Positions 40,664-49,991 of a stretch of 64,000 nucleotides of DNA are shown here, piece after piece (positions within the stretch are counted from its first letter, which is position 1; each line of letters starts with the position of its first letter). A program made the position numbers and the translations under genes. The stretch is taken from positions 64,001 through 128,000 of IMG/VR virus record IMGVR_UViG_3300033233_000004. One strand, 5' to 3'. The notes beneath the pieces are model-generated. The model was not told the origin of the DNA. It did no database searches and saw nothing but the letters and a program-made list of their open reading frames with translations. The stretch is from a virus.

Positions 40664-40978
40664 TTATGATGCTATAATTGCACAACCAATAACTACTGCC
40701 AAAGAAAGTAAAAATAATCCGTAAGCAATATTACCCTTCTTTAACTGTCCCACTGTATCTATTTGTTTCATCATAAAAGAATCCATGAGCCAAAAGAGAA
40801 TAATACCCATTCCTGCTTTTGCAAGAGCTATTGCAAATGAAGATAATTCAATAGCAAATGAAAACGTGATAAAGACACCAAAAATGGCAACTATAGAAAG
40901 CAACACCATGAATTTGCTATGTGTTGAACGAGGTATAATTGCTTTTTCAAGTGTATTAATTGTAGTTGTTGTATTCAT
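40664..40978 (-). CDS. DUF350-like membrane protein
   Basis: Three TM segments, QLKKGNIAYG. Confidence 0.55.
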   Translation of the reverse strand: MNTTTTINTLEKAIIPRSTHSKFMVLLSIVAIFGVFITFSFAIELSSFAIALAKAGMGIILFWLMDSFMMKQIDTVGQLKKGNIAYGLFLLSLAVVIGCAIIAS

Positions 40979-40990
40979 AATACTACTCCT

Positions 40991-41416
40991 TTATCGTGAT
41001 GTACTTGAACGAATCCAAGCCTCGCCTTCTAACCAACGTTCAGCAAGCTCAACATTTCCACTTGGATACATAAACAAGTCCCATACTCCACGAAGACCGC
41101 TCTCAAGAGGTCTCGATTGTGAAGCCAGAAGACTAAGAGTTAAACCGCCATTACTATCTGAAGAACCTGTATTTGGATTACTACCACTAAATGTAATAGT
41201 GAATTGTACCATAACATTCGGATTGTTGTAACCATCTCGTATTTGTGCAAGACCAGTAAAGCCAGTTAAATCTATAGGAACAAAAACAGGATTGGCAGAA
41301 GATGACGGAGCAAAGAAAGTGATGGGTAAATTAAATATTGCACCTTTATCAATCGTAATATCATAGTGAACAGCATTGTTTCGTTGTTCAAGATTGATGT
41401 TCGCTATGTTCGGCAT
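40991..41416 (-). CDS. virion adaptor protein (BppU/LtfC-like beta sandwich)
   Basis: DITIDKGA.F, PIDLTGFT..AQIR, WDL......RWLEG. Confidence 0.6.
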   Translation of the reverse strand: MPNIANINLEQRNNAVHYDITIDKGAIFNLPITFFAPSSSANPVFVPIDLTGFTGLAQIRDGYNNPNVMVQFTITFSGSNPNTGSSDSNGGLTLSLLASQSRPLESGLRGVWDLFMYPSGNVELAERWLEGEAWIRSSTSR

Positions 41417-41418
41417 AG

Positions 41419-41919
41419 TTAATTATCCTTCTTTTTACCCATGTGCACAAAAACACGAAGTTTATCAAGAAGACCATTTGGAAATGGTAATCCTGCTATC
41501 ATACATGCATTTTCCACGATTGAAATAACTTCAGTTATAGCCAACCATGCTAAAGCTCCTGTATCGAGACCCATCCAACCAAAAATAAATAAACTGACAT
41601 ATGACAAAGAATGAAAAGCACCTATGATAATGAAATACATAAGTAACTTTATCAAACCGTTTCGAAATGCACTTGAATTGAATGAATTGTTTTTGAAAGC
41701 AAGCCATACTCCTGTTAGTTGGTCAATTAACACTAATCCAACTAATACACCGACACCCATTACATTTGAATGAATAAAAAAAGTGATAAAAGAAGCTATA
41801 ACAGTTAATGCTGTTTTTAACCATGGGAATTCCCACAATGAAGCAAAGTTATGTTTCAGAGGAAGAAAAAGCAAATTCAAATATTCCATTGATTCTATCT
41901 CACATTCTTTTGCACACAT
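41419..41919 (-). CDS. phage holin (holin_4 family)
   Basis: LIDQLTG, S...R.G..K, EVISIVEN...G.P.P. Confidence 0.85.
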   Translation of the reverse strand: MCAKECEIESMEYLNLLFLPLKHNFASLWEFPWLKTALTVIASFITFFIHSNVMGVGVLVGLVLIDQLTGVWLAFKNNSFNSSAFRNGLIKLLMYFIIIGAFHSLSYVSLFIFGWMGLDTGALAWLAITEVISIVENACMIAGLPFPNGLLDKLRVFVHMGKKKDN

Positions 41920-41944
41920 AAAAGTAAACTCCTGACACGCATAT

Positions 41945-42100
41945 TATATATCCCAAATAATTACAAACTATAGTTTGGATTCTTACTACCAGACATTAAA
42001 GCACTCATTATCACCCATATTTTTACCAGTACAAGCTCTACTAATTTTACGCTTAATTTCCTCAGAATTTTTACAACCAAGTTTAGGCATACAATTATCC
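41945..42100 (-). pseudogene. NUMOD3 endonuclease remnant
   Basis: MPKLGCKNSEEIKRKISRACTGK...; ends FVIIWDI* in another frame. Confidence 0.55.
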
Positions 42101-42649
42101 ACCCATCCCAAGACGTGTTCCTCTGAGACCTCTTGTAAGACTTCGTGGAAAAGAGGTTTGACCAGAAAAAGCACCCTTCGGATGTATACGCTCGAAGGCG
42201 AGGGTCTTTCTTAAAACGGGAAGTGTTGTATTAATAAAGGAAAGAATAGAACCATTGGCAATTGCGGCGTAATCTTGTTGCTTCTTACGCATTAAACTTA
42301 TACCATTATCCGAATATTCGAAATGGGTTCCAGCTTCGAAAATTTGTAAACGAACGCAAACAAAGAATTCAGCACATATCATCACTGGTGTAGAAAGTAT
42401 AGAAGATACAGTTTCATCTGTAGGATTAGCTGCACCCGCATATAAATCGGAAGAAGTAAATGTCGTAATGATTGGTGGAAAGGTATTGAAAAAATTGAGA
42501 CCCATACGAAAATCTTCCCACAACTCATCATTACTTAATTGACCCGGAAGTCGAAAATTAGAACCCGATGCTAATTGAGTCCTCATAGAAATTCTTGATC
42601 GTAAAAGGTCTACGAAAAATAACTGTTCAGTAGATAATTGATAAGGCAT
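42095..42649 (-). CDS. head-tail adaptor (neck) protein
   Basis: FNTFPP, FEYSDNGISL; start at ATG 42649. Confidence 0.55.
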   Translation of the reverse strand: MPYQLSTEQLFFVDLLRSRISMRTQLASGSNFRLPGQLSNDELWEDFRMGLNFFNTFPPIITTFTSSDLYAGAANPTDETVSSILSTPVMICAEFFVCVRLQIFEAGTHFEYSDNGISLMRKKQQDYAAIANGSILSFINTTLPVLRKTLAFERIHPKGAFSGQTSFPRSLTRGLRGTRLGMGG

Positions 42650-42663
42650 GTAATCACCGCAGA

Positions 42664-43152
42664 TTAAATTTGAAATTGTATTGATAACCAAGTCCAACCA
42701 GCACTCTTACTACCATTTCCACCGAATCCAACAACTCTTAGAAGTATATCAGTTTTCGCTGGTGGCGCAATTGTAACAAAGGGGGTAGTTCTTACCACTG
42801 TTCCGCCAGTTCCTGCATTTATATCACTAAGTGTTCCAGTGGATTCCAGACTTTGCCATGTAGAACCAGAATCTAATGAATATTGAACTCGTAATTTTGC
42901 AGTAGAAAACCCATCAATATCTTGAATACTACATATACGAAATTGTTCAAAATAACGTAGGTTAACCATTCTTCTGGCATATACTCCATTTTTGAATTCT
43001 GTAAGAGCAACGGGAATAGTCCAAGTAGTATCATACGCCACAGTTTGAGATACAATAGTCAAATCAAAAAAGGTATGATTCGGCAATATATCAGAGGATT
43101 GTAATAATTGCGGTTGTCCATCAACTACAACTACTGGTCTTCTAACAGTCAT
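42664..43152 (-). CDS. virion accessory protein
   Basis: RRPVVVVDG..Q.LQ..D N-terminus shared with 43154; VQYSLDSG.TW. Confidence 0.55.
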   Translation of the reverse strand: MTVRRPVVVVDGQPQLLQSSDILPNHTFFDLTIVSQTVAYDTTWTIPVALTEFKNGVYARRMVNLRYFEQFRICSIQDIDGFSTAKLRVQYSLDSGSTWQSLESTGTLSDINAGTGGTVVRTTPFVTIAPPAKTDILLRVVGFGGNGSKSAGWTWLSIQFQI

Positions 43153-43153
43153 T

Positions 43154-43618
43154 TTAGAGTTTTATTGGTTGTCTTTGAGTAATTTCAAAAGACGTTGCAG
43201 ACAATGCTTGACCAACTTCGACCACGTATCCGGTAACTGGTGGAGTATTGGATAGTCGTCCCTCTATTGTATCCAAATAATATACAGATTGAGGAACAAG
43301 GAATGTAGAACCAATGACTGCCGTCCAATCACTCTGTTCCAACTCACCATCAGTAATTATACTTCCACTGGCACCTGATAGAATGCTCGTATCATACACC
43401 AAACCAAATACACGCTGTTTTCCAGCAGTGGCGGCATTGGCAAGGTTTATACTACCACCAGAAGCTACGTAAACTGGTTGTCCTTTTACAATAGAACCTG
43501 TATTAGCATTGCCAGCTAATACCAAATCTAACTGTATGCCAAAAGCATCCAGAGTATCGCCAAATTGTAATTGTTCAATTTGACCGTTGTTTAAGACAAG
43601 GGGTTTTCGAGATGACAT
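43154..43618 (-). CDS. capsid cement / fibre-like protein (DUF2190-like)
   Basis: GQPVY, LANA, YYL....G.L...PP..GYV..VG.A. Confidence 0.6.
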   Translation of the reverse strand: MSSRKPLVLNNGQIEQLQFGDTLDAFGIQLDLVLAGNANTGSIVKGQPVYVASGGSINLANAATAGKQRVFGLVYDTSILSGASGSIITDGELEQSDWTAVIGSTFLVPQSVYYLDTIEGRLSNTPPVTGYVVEVGQALSATSFEITQRQPIKL

Positions 43619-43626
43619 AAATTACC

Positions 43627-44085
43627 TCATAATATAATAGGTTCATTAAACGAAAGTAATATTGTGCTTGGTTCAATAACTAACGCTATCCTTTGAACAA
43701 ATCCTGTAGATGGCGGTTCGTTAGAGAGTACTTTTCCATTTAAAAACAATTTATTACCCACTGTCCAAGACCAAGTGGGATTAACTACAAAACCATGTTG
43801 TTGTACTTGTTTTATTTCATCAATAGCCATATCTTCCAATGCAATTCCAACAAGCATTCCGCTCATTGAAATATCAGAAGAATTTGCTACTCGGCCATCT
43901 ATTGTAACAACATCATAAGCTGAGATTAATTCAGTAGCTTGAATTGCTACAGTATTTGTACCACCAGTAAATTGCAGTAGTCGTTCAATATTATCAACAG
44001 CTTCGGCAAGTAATAATACCTGATTTCTATTAGCTGCCCATGTATGCTCGCCGTAATTATCAAGAATGAATTTATTAATTGGCAT
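43627..44085 (-). CDS. capsid cement / fibre-like protein
   Basis: VGIA, G.V.N..WSW..G..LFL, PPSTGFVQRIA; start at ATG 44085. Confidence 0.6.
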   Translation of the reverse strand: MPINKFILDNYGEHTWAANRNQVLLLAEAVDNIERLLQFTGGTNTVAIQATELISAYDVVTIDGRVANSSDISMSGMLVGIALEDMAIDEIKQVQQHGFVVNPTWSWTVGNKLFLNGKVLSNEPPSTGFVQRIALVIEPSTILLSFNEPIIL

Positions 44086-44107
44086 AAGATAGGAAGTATT
44101 AAAACGC

Positions 44108-44145
44108 AAAAAGGGTTAACCCTCGTTAAGAAGGTTAACCCCTTT
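44108..44145 (-). terminator. intrinsic terminator after the major capsid gene
   Basis: AAAGGGGTTAACCTTC-TTAAC-GAGGGTTAACCCTTTTT. Confidence 0.75.
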
Positions 44146-44183
44146 GAAGGTTTCTTAAAAATTACAGATTAAATTACCCTATG

Positions 44184-46152
44184 TTATTGGGTAATTGTAC
44201 CTGAATGCGTACCACGAGCAACGCCGTTAGCAACCAAAGCCGCCATACCAAGTTCCTCATAAGCTACGTAACCGATACTTGCCTGTTTTGGAGCATCGTC
44301 TGGCATAAGCATAAGCTCAGTACGGACAGGCATAACACCAAAGAATCTTGGCTCTGCCAATGCGTACACTGAACCACGCTGTACCTGACGGCTGACAATA
44401 AGGTCAATACCCCAAATGGAACCGTACAGACCAGTTTCCAATACCTCACGAAGAGATACAGGGTCGAGGTCTTTGTTCGACCAAACACGGATGTCTGCGA
44501 ACGAACGGAAACGCATAAGGAATGCGTACTGTGGGAGGTCGAAGTCCATGATAGACGTAGATAAGTCGTTCAAGAAAATCTTGCTTGCACCAGCCGTACC
44601 AACTGTGTAAGGAACATTGGCAAGGTTACCTGCCGTTGTACCATTCAAAAGTGCCAAGAACTGCAAGTCTTCCTGTTCCTGAACTGCAATCTTAAGTGCT
44701 TCTTGAGTACGATCAAGAATGTTGAAACGCCTCTGTTGAATCTCAGACAGACGGATGTTTGCGTCTGCGAAGATTTCCCAAGTCGTCGGTTCAACAAACT
44801 CAGCGTTGATATTAACTTCATCAACCGCACCCTTCTTTGCAACTACGAAAGCATTAACTTGTTTCTTAATGTCCCTATCGTAACGAACAATCTGACCTTG
44901 AGCCAGAATGTCAATTTCGAGGAACTTTCGGGCTACACCAACGTAGTCCAATTGTTCACGGATAGGCACTGCCATTTGCAATATGTTACGTCTTATTCAG
45001 ACGGTGACAGTATTTCTACTGCACTCTTACTGTTGCCAGTAAGCTCGGACTATCTCTTCACTTTGGTATATTCAACCAAAATGTTTCACGTATAGTCTCT
45101 GAGGAGCACAAAACTTCTTTATGCATTTTGTATTTGAAATAAGGAACATAAAATCGAGAAAGATATTTGCTCAATATATGTCTTGTATCAGCCGCAAAAT
45201 ACAAATACCAATAGTGGGTTTTTCCATTACTTTTTTGAATCGGTGTTGTTTTTATTCCAAATTTTTTGAAGAAGTAATACCGAATAAGTTTTACTTCTTC
45301 TAAAGTAAAGGAACATGTTGATAACCAATAACTATTTTTATCAAATGCTCCATCGTCATAGAATAAAAAGACAAGGCCAAGTATACTTAACCTATCCAAC
45401 GCCTCTTCTGTAACAATTTTACGTTTTTCTTCATTATACATCATCCTATATATACATTTCAAATCGGGATGTTGTATAGTAGAAAATCCGCAACTAACAT
45501 CGTTCATTTCATATTTTATATCTTGAACACATAGATTATTCAGCAGTAGCCTTTTAATCTTTACGTATTCTTGTTGTTTATACGAATGATGAACTCTTAG
45601 TCTAACAGAACCATTTTTATTAATATCTAAATTACCATCTCCAAAAATAGTGCCAATAATAAAACCATATTGCCATTCTGGAATTGGATTACATCGAAGT
45701 ACTTCCGCCCGTTGTTGAATATCGGCAAGTTCTGTTGTCAATCCAAAAGATTTTCTATAAAATATTATAGGGTCTATAGGAATATTCAGTATACTTGCAA
45801 CTTCAACATGAGAAAGTTGCTTGATATCATTTTGATTAAGAAAAGATTCTGTCAGTATGTTACTATACTTGTAACGATACGTTCCCATCTTAGTTTTGCT
45901 TTCCTGCTGATTGACTCTGTTCTCGGATTTTTACCCTTTGGGTACCGCTAACATTAAATGAGTTGTTCCAGCATATAGTGAAATTAGGTGCCCAAATTAC
46001 TAAGCACCAACTGCTTGCCTTCCCGCTTCTGTTTGCAACGCATCAAACACTTGGTCTACGCTTACGGCATCCTGAAACGTCTGGAATCCGTCTTGTGCAG
46101 CCGTTGCCTGTGATGCTGTTGTTGCAAAACCTGCTTGTGGCTTGTTATTCAT
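44184..46152 (-). CDS. major capsid protein (314 aa), spliced: join(46152..46003, 44978..44184)
   Basis: Exon 1 MNNKPQ...EAGRQAVGA joins in frame to exon 2 QMAVPIREQLDYVGVARK...RRFNILDR.Q...Q.QED...G.YG.IWG...EELGM, a large-phage capsid family pattern. Confidence 0.88.
44979..46002 (-). ncRNA. group I intron (1024 nt) in the major capsid gene
   Basis: P1 GGUGCU/GGCACC with U.G, P10 AUUUG/CAAAU, P AUGCUGGAA, Q AAUCAGCAGG, R CAGAGACUA, S AAGAGAUAGUCC, P3 UUUCAC/GUGAAA, P9 hairpins, terminal G. Confidence 0.93.
45058..45888 (-). CDS. intron-encoded LAGLIDADG homing endonuclease
   Basis: IIGTIFGDG and FLFYDDG motifs, LST.SFT.EEV. Confidence 0.88.
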   Translation of the reverse strand: MGTYRYKYSNILTESFLNQNDIKQLSHVEVASILNIPIDPIIFYRKSFGLTTELADIQQRAEVLRCNPIPEWQYGFIIGTIFGDGNLDINKNGSVRLRVHHSYKQQEYVKIKRLLLNNLCVQDIKYEMNDVSCGFSTIQHPDLKCIYRMMYNEEKRKIVTEEALDRLSILGLVFLFYDDGAFDKNSYWLSTCSFTLEEVKLIRYYFFKKFGIKTTPIQKSNGKTHYWYLYFAADTRHILSKYLSRFYVPYFKYKMHKEVLCSSETIRETFWLNIPK

Positions 46153-46266
46153 GATATTACCTCTCATGTTATTATGTGATTATATTACCTGCAAGACAAA
46201 CTTGCAGTTATTGTACCGATATTGGAGCGGGATTTAAGGGAACCCCGCTCAGACCTTTTGCACAGC

Positions 46267-46749
46267 TTAGATACGGAACAAAATACCAAGCGTGTAATCG
46301 TTGGCTGCATTAGGCACCTGAATAAGCTTTGCCTGTACAGAACCTGTCTGGCTTGCGCCACCAACTGTAACCACCGAACCAGTAAGCGTTAGCCTACCAA
46401 GAGAGTTGACCCACAAGTTATTACCAACAGAACCAGCTTCAACATCAAGTGCATATGCACGAGTTGGATCACCTGCTGCAACTTCTGCGGAGTGGTTGAT
46501 ATAAACCTTTGAACCAACACCATAGATACCAGTCAACAGAGAACCTGTTGGCGGAGTCGAAAGACCCAACTGTGTGGTATTTGCAGGGTCAACACCCATG
46601 AAGAGAGCATTGTCATTTGCTGCTAATACTGCTTCCCCAAGAGAGTTTAATGTGAAAAAGTTACCCGGAACCCAACCAGTTGTAATGGTTGCTGCGGAAA
46701 CTTTGAAAGTGTCTTTTGCAAACACACGATTCATTAATACTTTACTCAT
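46267..46749 (-). CDS. capsid decoration / cement protein
   Basis: 160 aa directly upstream of the capsid gene; G..LWVN..G.LT, VP.A....LG. Confidence 0.6.
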   Translation of the reverse strand: MSKVLMNRVFAKDTFKVSAATITTGWVPGNFFTLNSLGEAVLAANDNALFMGVDPANTTQLGLSTPPTGSLLTGIYGVGSKVYINHSAEVAAGDPTRAYALDVEAGSVGNNLWVNSLGRLTLTGSVVTVGGASQTGSVQAKLIQVPNAANDYTLGILFRI

Positions 46750-46801
46750 AATATTACCTCTTTACATTTGAGATTGAACGAATTTACGATTTTTTGACCG
46801 C

Positions 46802-48652
46802 TTACACTTTTTTCCTGTAATGCGGACGAACTTTTCGATACGATTCTTGTTCAGGGTCGAGTCCTTGTTTACGCAGACGATTTGCATACGTATCAAGATT
46901 ATGTGCAAATGATGTCTTAGTTAACGAAGACGTTGTTTGCATCTGTGGTACTACTGCGGCTTGAGTAATCTTACCATCAGTACTTACTTCTGATGCAACA
47001 CCTTCTGTATCAACATTCTTGTTATCTGGTTTACGAACAGCTTCATGAGTATTTGCAAGAATACCTTGTTCTACTTCTTCATTATCAGGAATACGAGCTT
47101 CTTTCAAAGCCGCTTCATTGACGATTGGCATAGACTCAATAAGTTCTTTCTGTGCTGCGAACTTAGCTTCGTCATATTCGACAACCTTACGAGCATACTC
47201 TGCAATAGCCGTCTTTGTAAACTTCACAATACCACGGCTTGCTGCCAAACGAGAGAAGTCAACTGCTACGCGAGCTTTTGCCCTGCGTATTTCAACTGAA
47301 GCTTCCGTCTTTGGCTTACCAGAACCAACTGAATCTGCATCATTACCACCAGTCAAACCACCCTCTACATCGTTTGCCGACTCTTCCTCTGGCTTGTAGT
47401 TAATGTTCATATCAACACCACTCTTGGTACCTGCATTTGCAGCAGCATCATTGATACCTGCGCCAAGATTAGCACCAGTCTTCTGACTTGATGTTAATGC
47501 TTTTGCAAACTCTGCATCACCAAATGCATCTTTGTAATATGCACGAAGTTTTGCTTTGTCCTTTACCTTTGGTTCGCGTTCTGCCGTTGCTTCCAAACCA
47601 ATAGTATCAACTTCTGCATTCAAATATGCTGCAACAGCCTCGATACCATTCTTTCTAATATGATTTACAACATTCTGTGAGAATGCTGGACTTGTGAAAA
47701 TAGCATAATTTTCTGCGGTCTTATCACCAACTGCTTTTGCCAATTTATCCCACGTTACAACAGCGTACTTACCTTGTTTGTCCTTGTTCAATGCACGAAG
47801 AACAAGAGCCGAACCAAATACATTGTTCTTGTTAACAACCTTGGCATTAACATATGCACCGAATTCATGTGGGTTACCTTCATCAGTCAAACGAGGTTCA
47901 GCAGCAGCATTTGGAAGAGCATCTTCCTTTGCCTTGTTTGTATGGAATTCTGCATTACCTGCTTCGTAGTGTTTGATTTCTTTTTTTGCGGAGTAGTTAA
48001 TGTCTCCATTAATACCCTTATCACCACTAAACTCTGCACCTGTTGGTGGAACTGCGGTACCAAATACTGTACCAAGTTCTGACCATGCTTGTTTTGCTTC
48101 TTTCACGTTCTGAACAACTGCATGAAGAGGGGAGTTATTGGAAACTTTAGTTGATGTTGATTTTCGTTTCAAAAGAAAAGCCCAATGACGAATTGCTCCA
48201 CGAGCATCCTCAACTGCGGAAATAGCTTGCTGTGTCAAAAGACCAATTTCGTTTTGTGCCTTTGCACTCAAACGGAAAGTCTTACTTGAAGTCTTTTGTT
48301 CCATATCAGCACCTTGGTCGGTAATGTTGTCGATACCCTCAACAACAGCCTTAAGGTCTGTGATAGCTTCATTAACAGTCTTCTTCGCCTCTTCAGGAGT
48401 CTTGATCTCAGGAACTTTTTCTTTACCTTCTTCTGTACCTGCTGGTGCACCAATTTCACTACCACCTGTCATGTCAACACCACCAAGATTTGCACTATCT
48501 TCATTGGACATATCGCCTGTACCTGCACCTGTAAAGGATTCAGGCGTATCATTAGATAGTTTGTTAATTAAATACTGTGCGCTCTTTTTGACAGAAGCAA
48601 GTTCAGTCAACATTTCACGCAGACTCTGGTTAACCTGTGCAGTTGAAATCAT
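46802..48652 (-). CDS. prohead scaffold / core protein
   Basis: Charged, coiled-coil, low-complexity protein heading the capsid operon; start at ATG 48652. Confidence 0.5.
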   Translation of the reverse strand: MISTAQVNQSLREMLTELASVKKSAQYLINKLSNDTPESFTGAGTGDMSNEDSANLGGVDMTGGSEIGAPAGTEEGKEKVPEIKTPEEAKKTVNEAITDLKAVVEGIDNITDQGADMEQKTSSKTFRLSAKAQNEIGLLTQQAISAVEDARGAIRHWAFLLKRKSTSTKVSNNSPLHAVVQNVKEAKQAWSELGTVFGTAVPPTGAEFSGDKGINGDINYSAKKEIKHYEAGNAEFHTNKAKEDALPNAAAEPRLTDEGNPHEFGAYVNAKVVNKNNVFGSALVLRALNKDKQGKYAVVTWDKLAKAVGDKTAENYAIFTSPAFSQNVVNHIRKNGIEAVAAYLNAEVDTIGLEATAEREPKVKDKAKLRAYYKDAFGDAEFAKALTSSQKTGANLGAGINDAAANAGTKSGVDMNINYKPEEESANDVEGGLTGGNDADSVGSGKPKTEASVEIRRAKARVAVDFSRLAASRGIVKFTKTAIAEYARKVVEYDEAKFAAQKELIESMPIVNEAALKEARIPDNEEVEQGILANTHEAVRKPDNKNVDTEGVASEVSTDGKITQAAVVPQMQTTSSLTKTSFAHNLDTYANRLRKQGLDPEQESYRKVRPHYRKKV

Positions 48653-48705
48653 ATGAGAACCCCATTTTAAAAATTCATGTAAAAGAAGATGGTATATGTC
48701 CACCC

Positions 48706-48747
48706 TACACACTAAAAGTAATGCTGAGAGGTCGAAATTTATAGTGG
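48706..48747 (-). promoter_or_regulatory. candidate late promoter upstream of the head operon
   Basis: CCACTATAAA-N17-TACTTTTAGTGTGTA. Confidence 0.55.
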
Positions 48748-48930
48748 GTAAGAGAAAAAAGTAAAATAAAAAGAGATGCCACTTACAATGACATCTTTTC
48801 GATGACGAAACTTATGTTAATTGCTTAATATAGAGTAGATTGAGCTATCCCGTATGAGATGCAGTATTTAGCTTCTTTTGGAAGTTTAATACCATGCCAC
48901 ACAGAAATAATAAGATAAACAGAAATGTTA

Positions 48931-49743
48931 TTATACTACAATTGAGGAAGGTTTTCCAATAACTTGTAATGTCACCAAGTCTGGAAAAGATACTGCGGTA
49001 AGAATACCTGATTGGAAACAGCCTGTATCAACTCCACAAGCTTTTTTACTGAACTTAGGTACATCTCCTACAATTTTGTGTCCATAGAAAACAAAGAATT
49101 CCCCATCATAATTATTTTCCCAATCAATACGGTCTGGCTTACCTTCAAGAGAGACAGAACGAACAGGGCCGTATATTGCATATTCCATTGTCTTCGCTGG
49201 CCCCCATTCATTGACCATACCATAGCCATAAAAATGTGGATAAAAGGCTGCATGTACAGCTACAGCAGTTTGCGTTGGAGCAACCATCTTAATAGTTAAA
49301 GGTGTAGTTGCAAGAAATCGTTTATATGTATTTCGAGTATGCTCATCGACACCGGCAATTTGAAATAGAGTTGTATCAAGACCATGTTTTGGTTGAACTT
49401 TATTACCATTAAGTGCTCGAAGTAATTTCTCATCATGATTTCCAAGCACATTAAAAAATGGCATAAGAAGTTGGTCTTGTGTAAATCCTGCTCCTCGAAG
49501 ATATAACATAAGATGTAAACTCTGAAGAGAATCCTCACCACGATCACAAATATCTCCAATAAATACTATTTTTGTAGTGAAGTTGTCATTCGCTCCACCA
49601 TCTTTACCAAGAGCTATCTCATAGTCAGCAATTTTGAAAAGAAGGTCTTGAAATTGATTAACCATACCATGGACATCACCTATAATCCAAAATCGGTTGG
49701 CTGTCTCTTCTTGTACAAATGGCATTGTTGCTGGAATTTTCAT
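48931..49743 (-). CDS. metallophosphoesterase (Pnkp-phosphatase / PrpE-like)
   Basis: GDVHG, GDICDRG, GNHD, YGH, DTGC..SG.LTA. Confidence 0.88.
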   Translation of the reverse strand: MKIPATMPFVQEETANRFWIIGDVHGMVNQFQDLLFKIADYEIALGKDGGANDNFTTKIVFIGDICDRGEDSLQSLHLMLYLRGAGFTQDQLLMPFFNVLGNHDEKLLRALNGNKVQPKHGLDTTLFQIAGVDEHTRNTYKRFLATTPLTIKMVAPTQTAVAVHAAFYPHFYGYGMVNEWGPAKTMEYAIYGPVRSVSLEGKPDRIDWENNYDGEFFVFYGHKIVGDVPKFSKKACGVDTGCFQSGILTAVSFPDLVTLQVIGKPSSIVV

Positions 49744-49991
49744 TGACGGTCACCTTTGTGTATAGAATCTACTATATCCTTCATCTTTGAAAAAACGTCA
49801 TTGATAGCATTCCATGAATTTTCAAGTTGAATATAACTTTGTTTTATTTCGAATAGTTGAGTTTCTAACCATAGTTGATATTCCCAAGAAGCAAAACCTA
49901 ATTCACCATGACAAACTGGATTTGTTAACCATCTTTTACCAGTAGTTCTTTCATAATCTTCTCGTATAACTTCTGTTATTTCTTTATTCAT
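49740..49991 (-). CDS. hypothetical protein
   Basis: ATGA-coupled on both sides. Confidence 0.6.
   Translation of the reverse strand: MNKEITEVIREDYERTTGKRWLTNPVCHGELGFASWEYQLWLETQLFEIKQSYIQLENSWNAINDVFSKMKDIVDSIHKGDRQ

Noticed and set aside
17612-41960. ATTT(G/A)GGATA(T/C)A as a late promoter (four copies before starts at 17608, 21432, 36759, 41919)
   Set aside because: Better explained as the coding end (IIWD) of decayed endonucleases; kept under the remnant finding.
44184-44981. 265-aa stand-alone capsid protein starting at TTG
   Set aside because: The TTG is the last three intron bases; the real gene includes exon 1 at 46003..46152.
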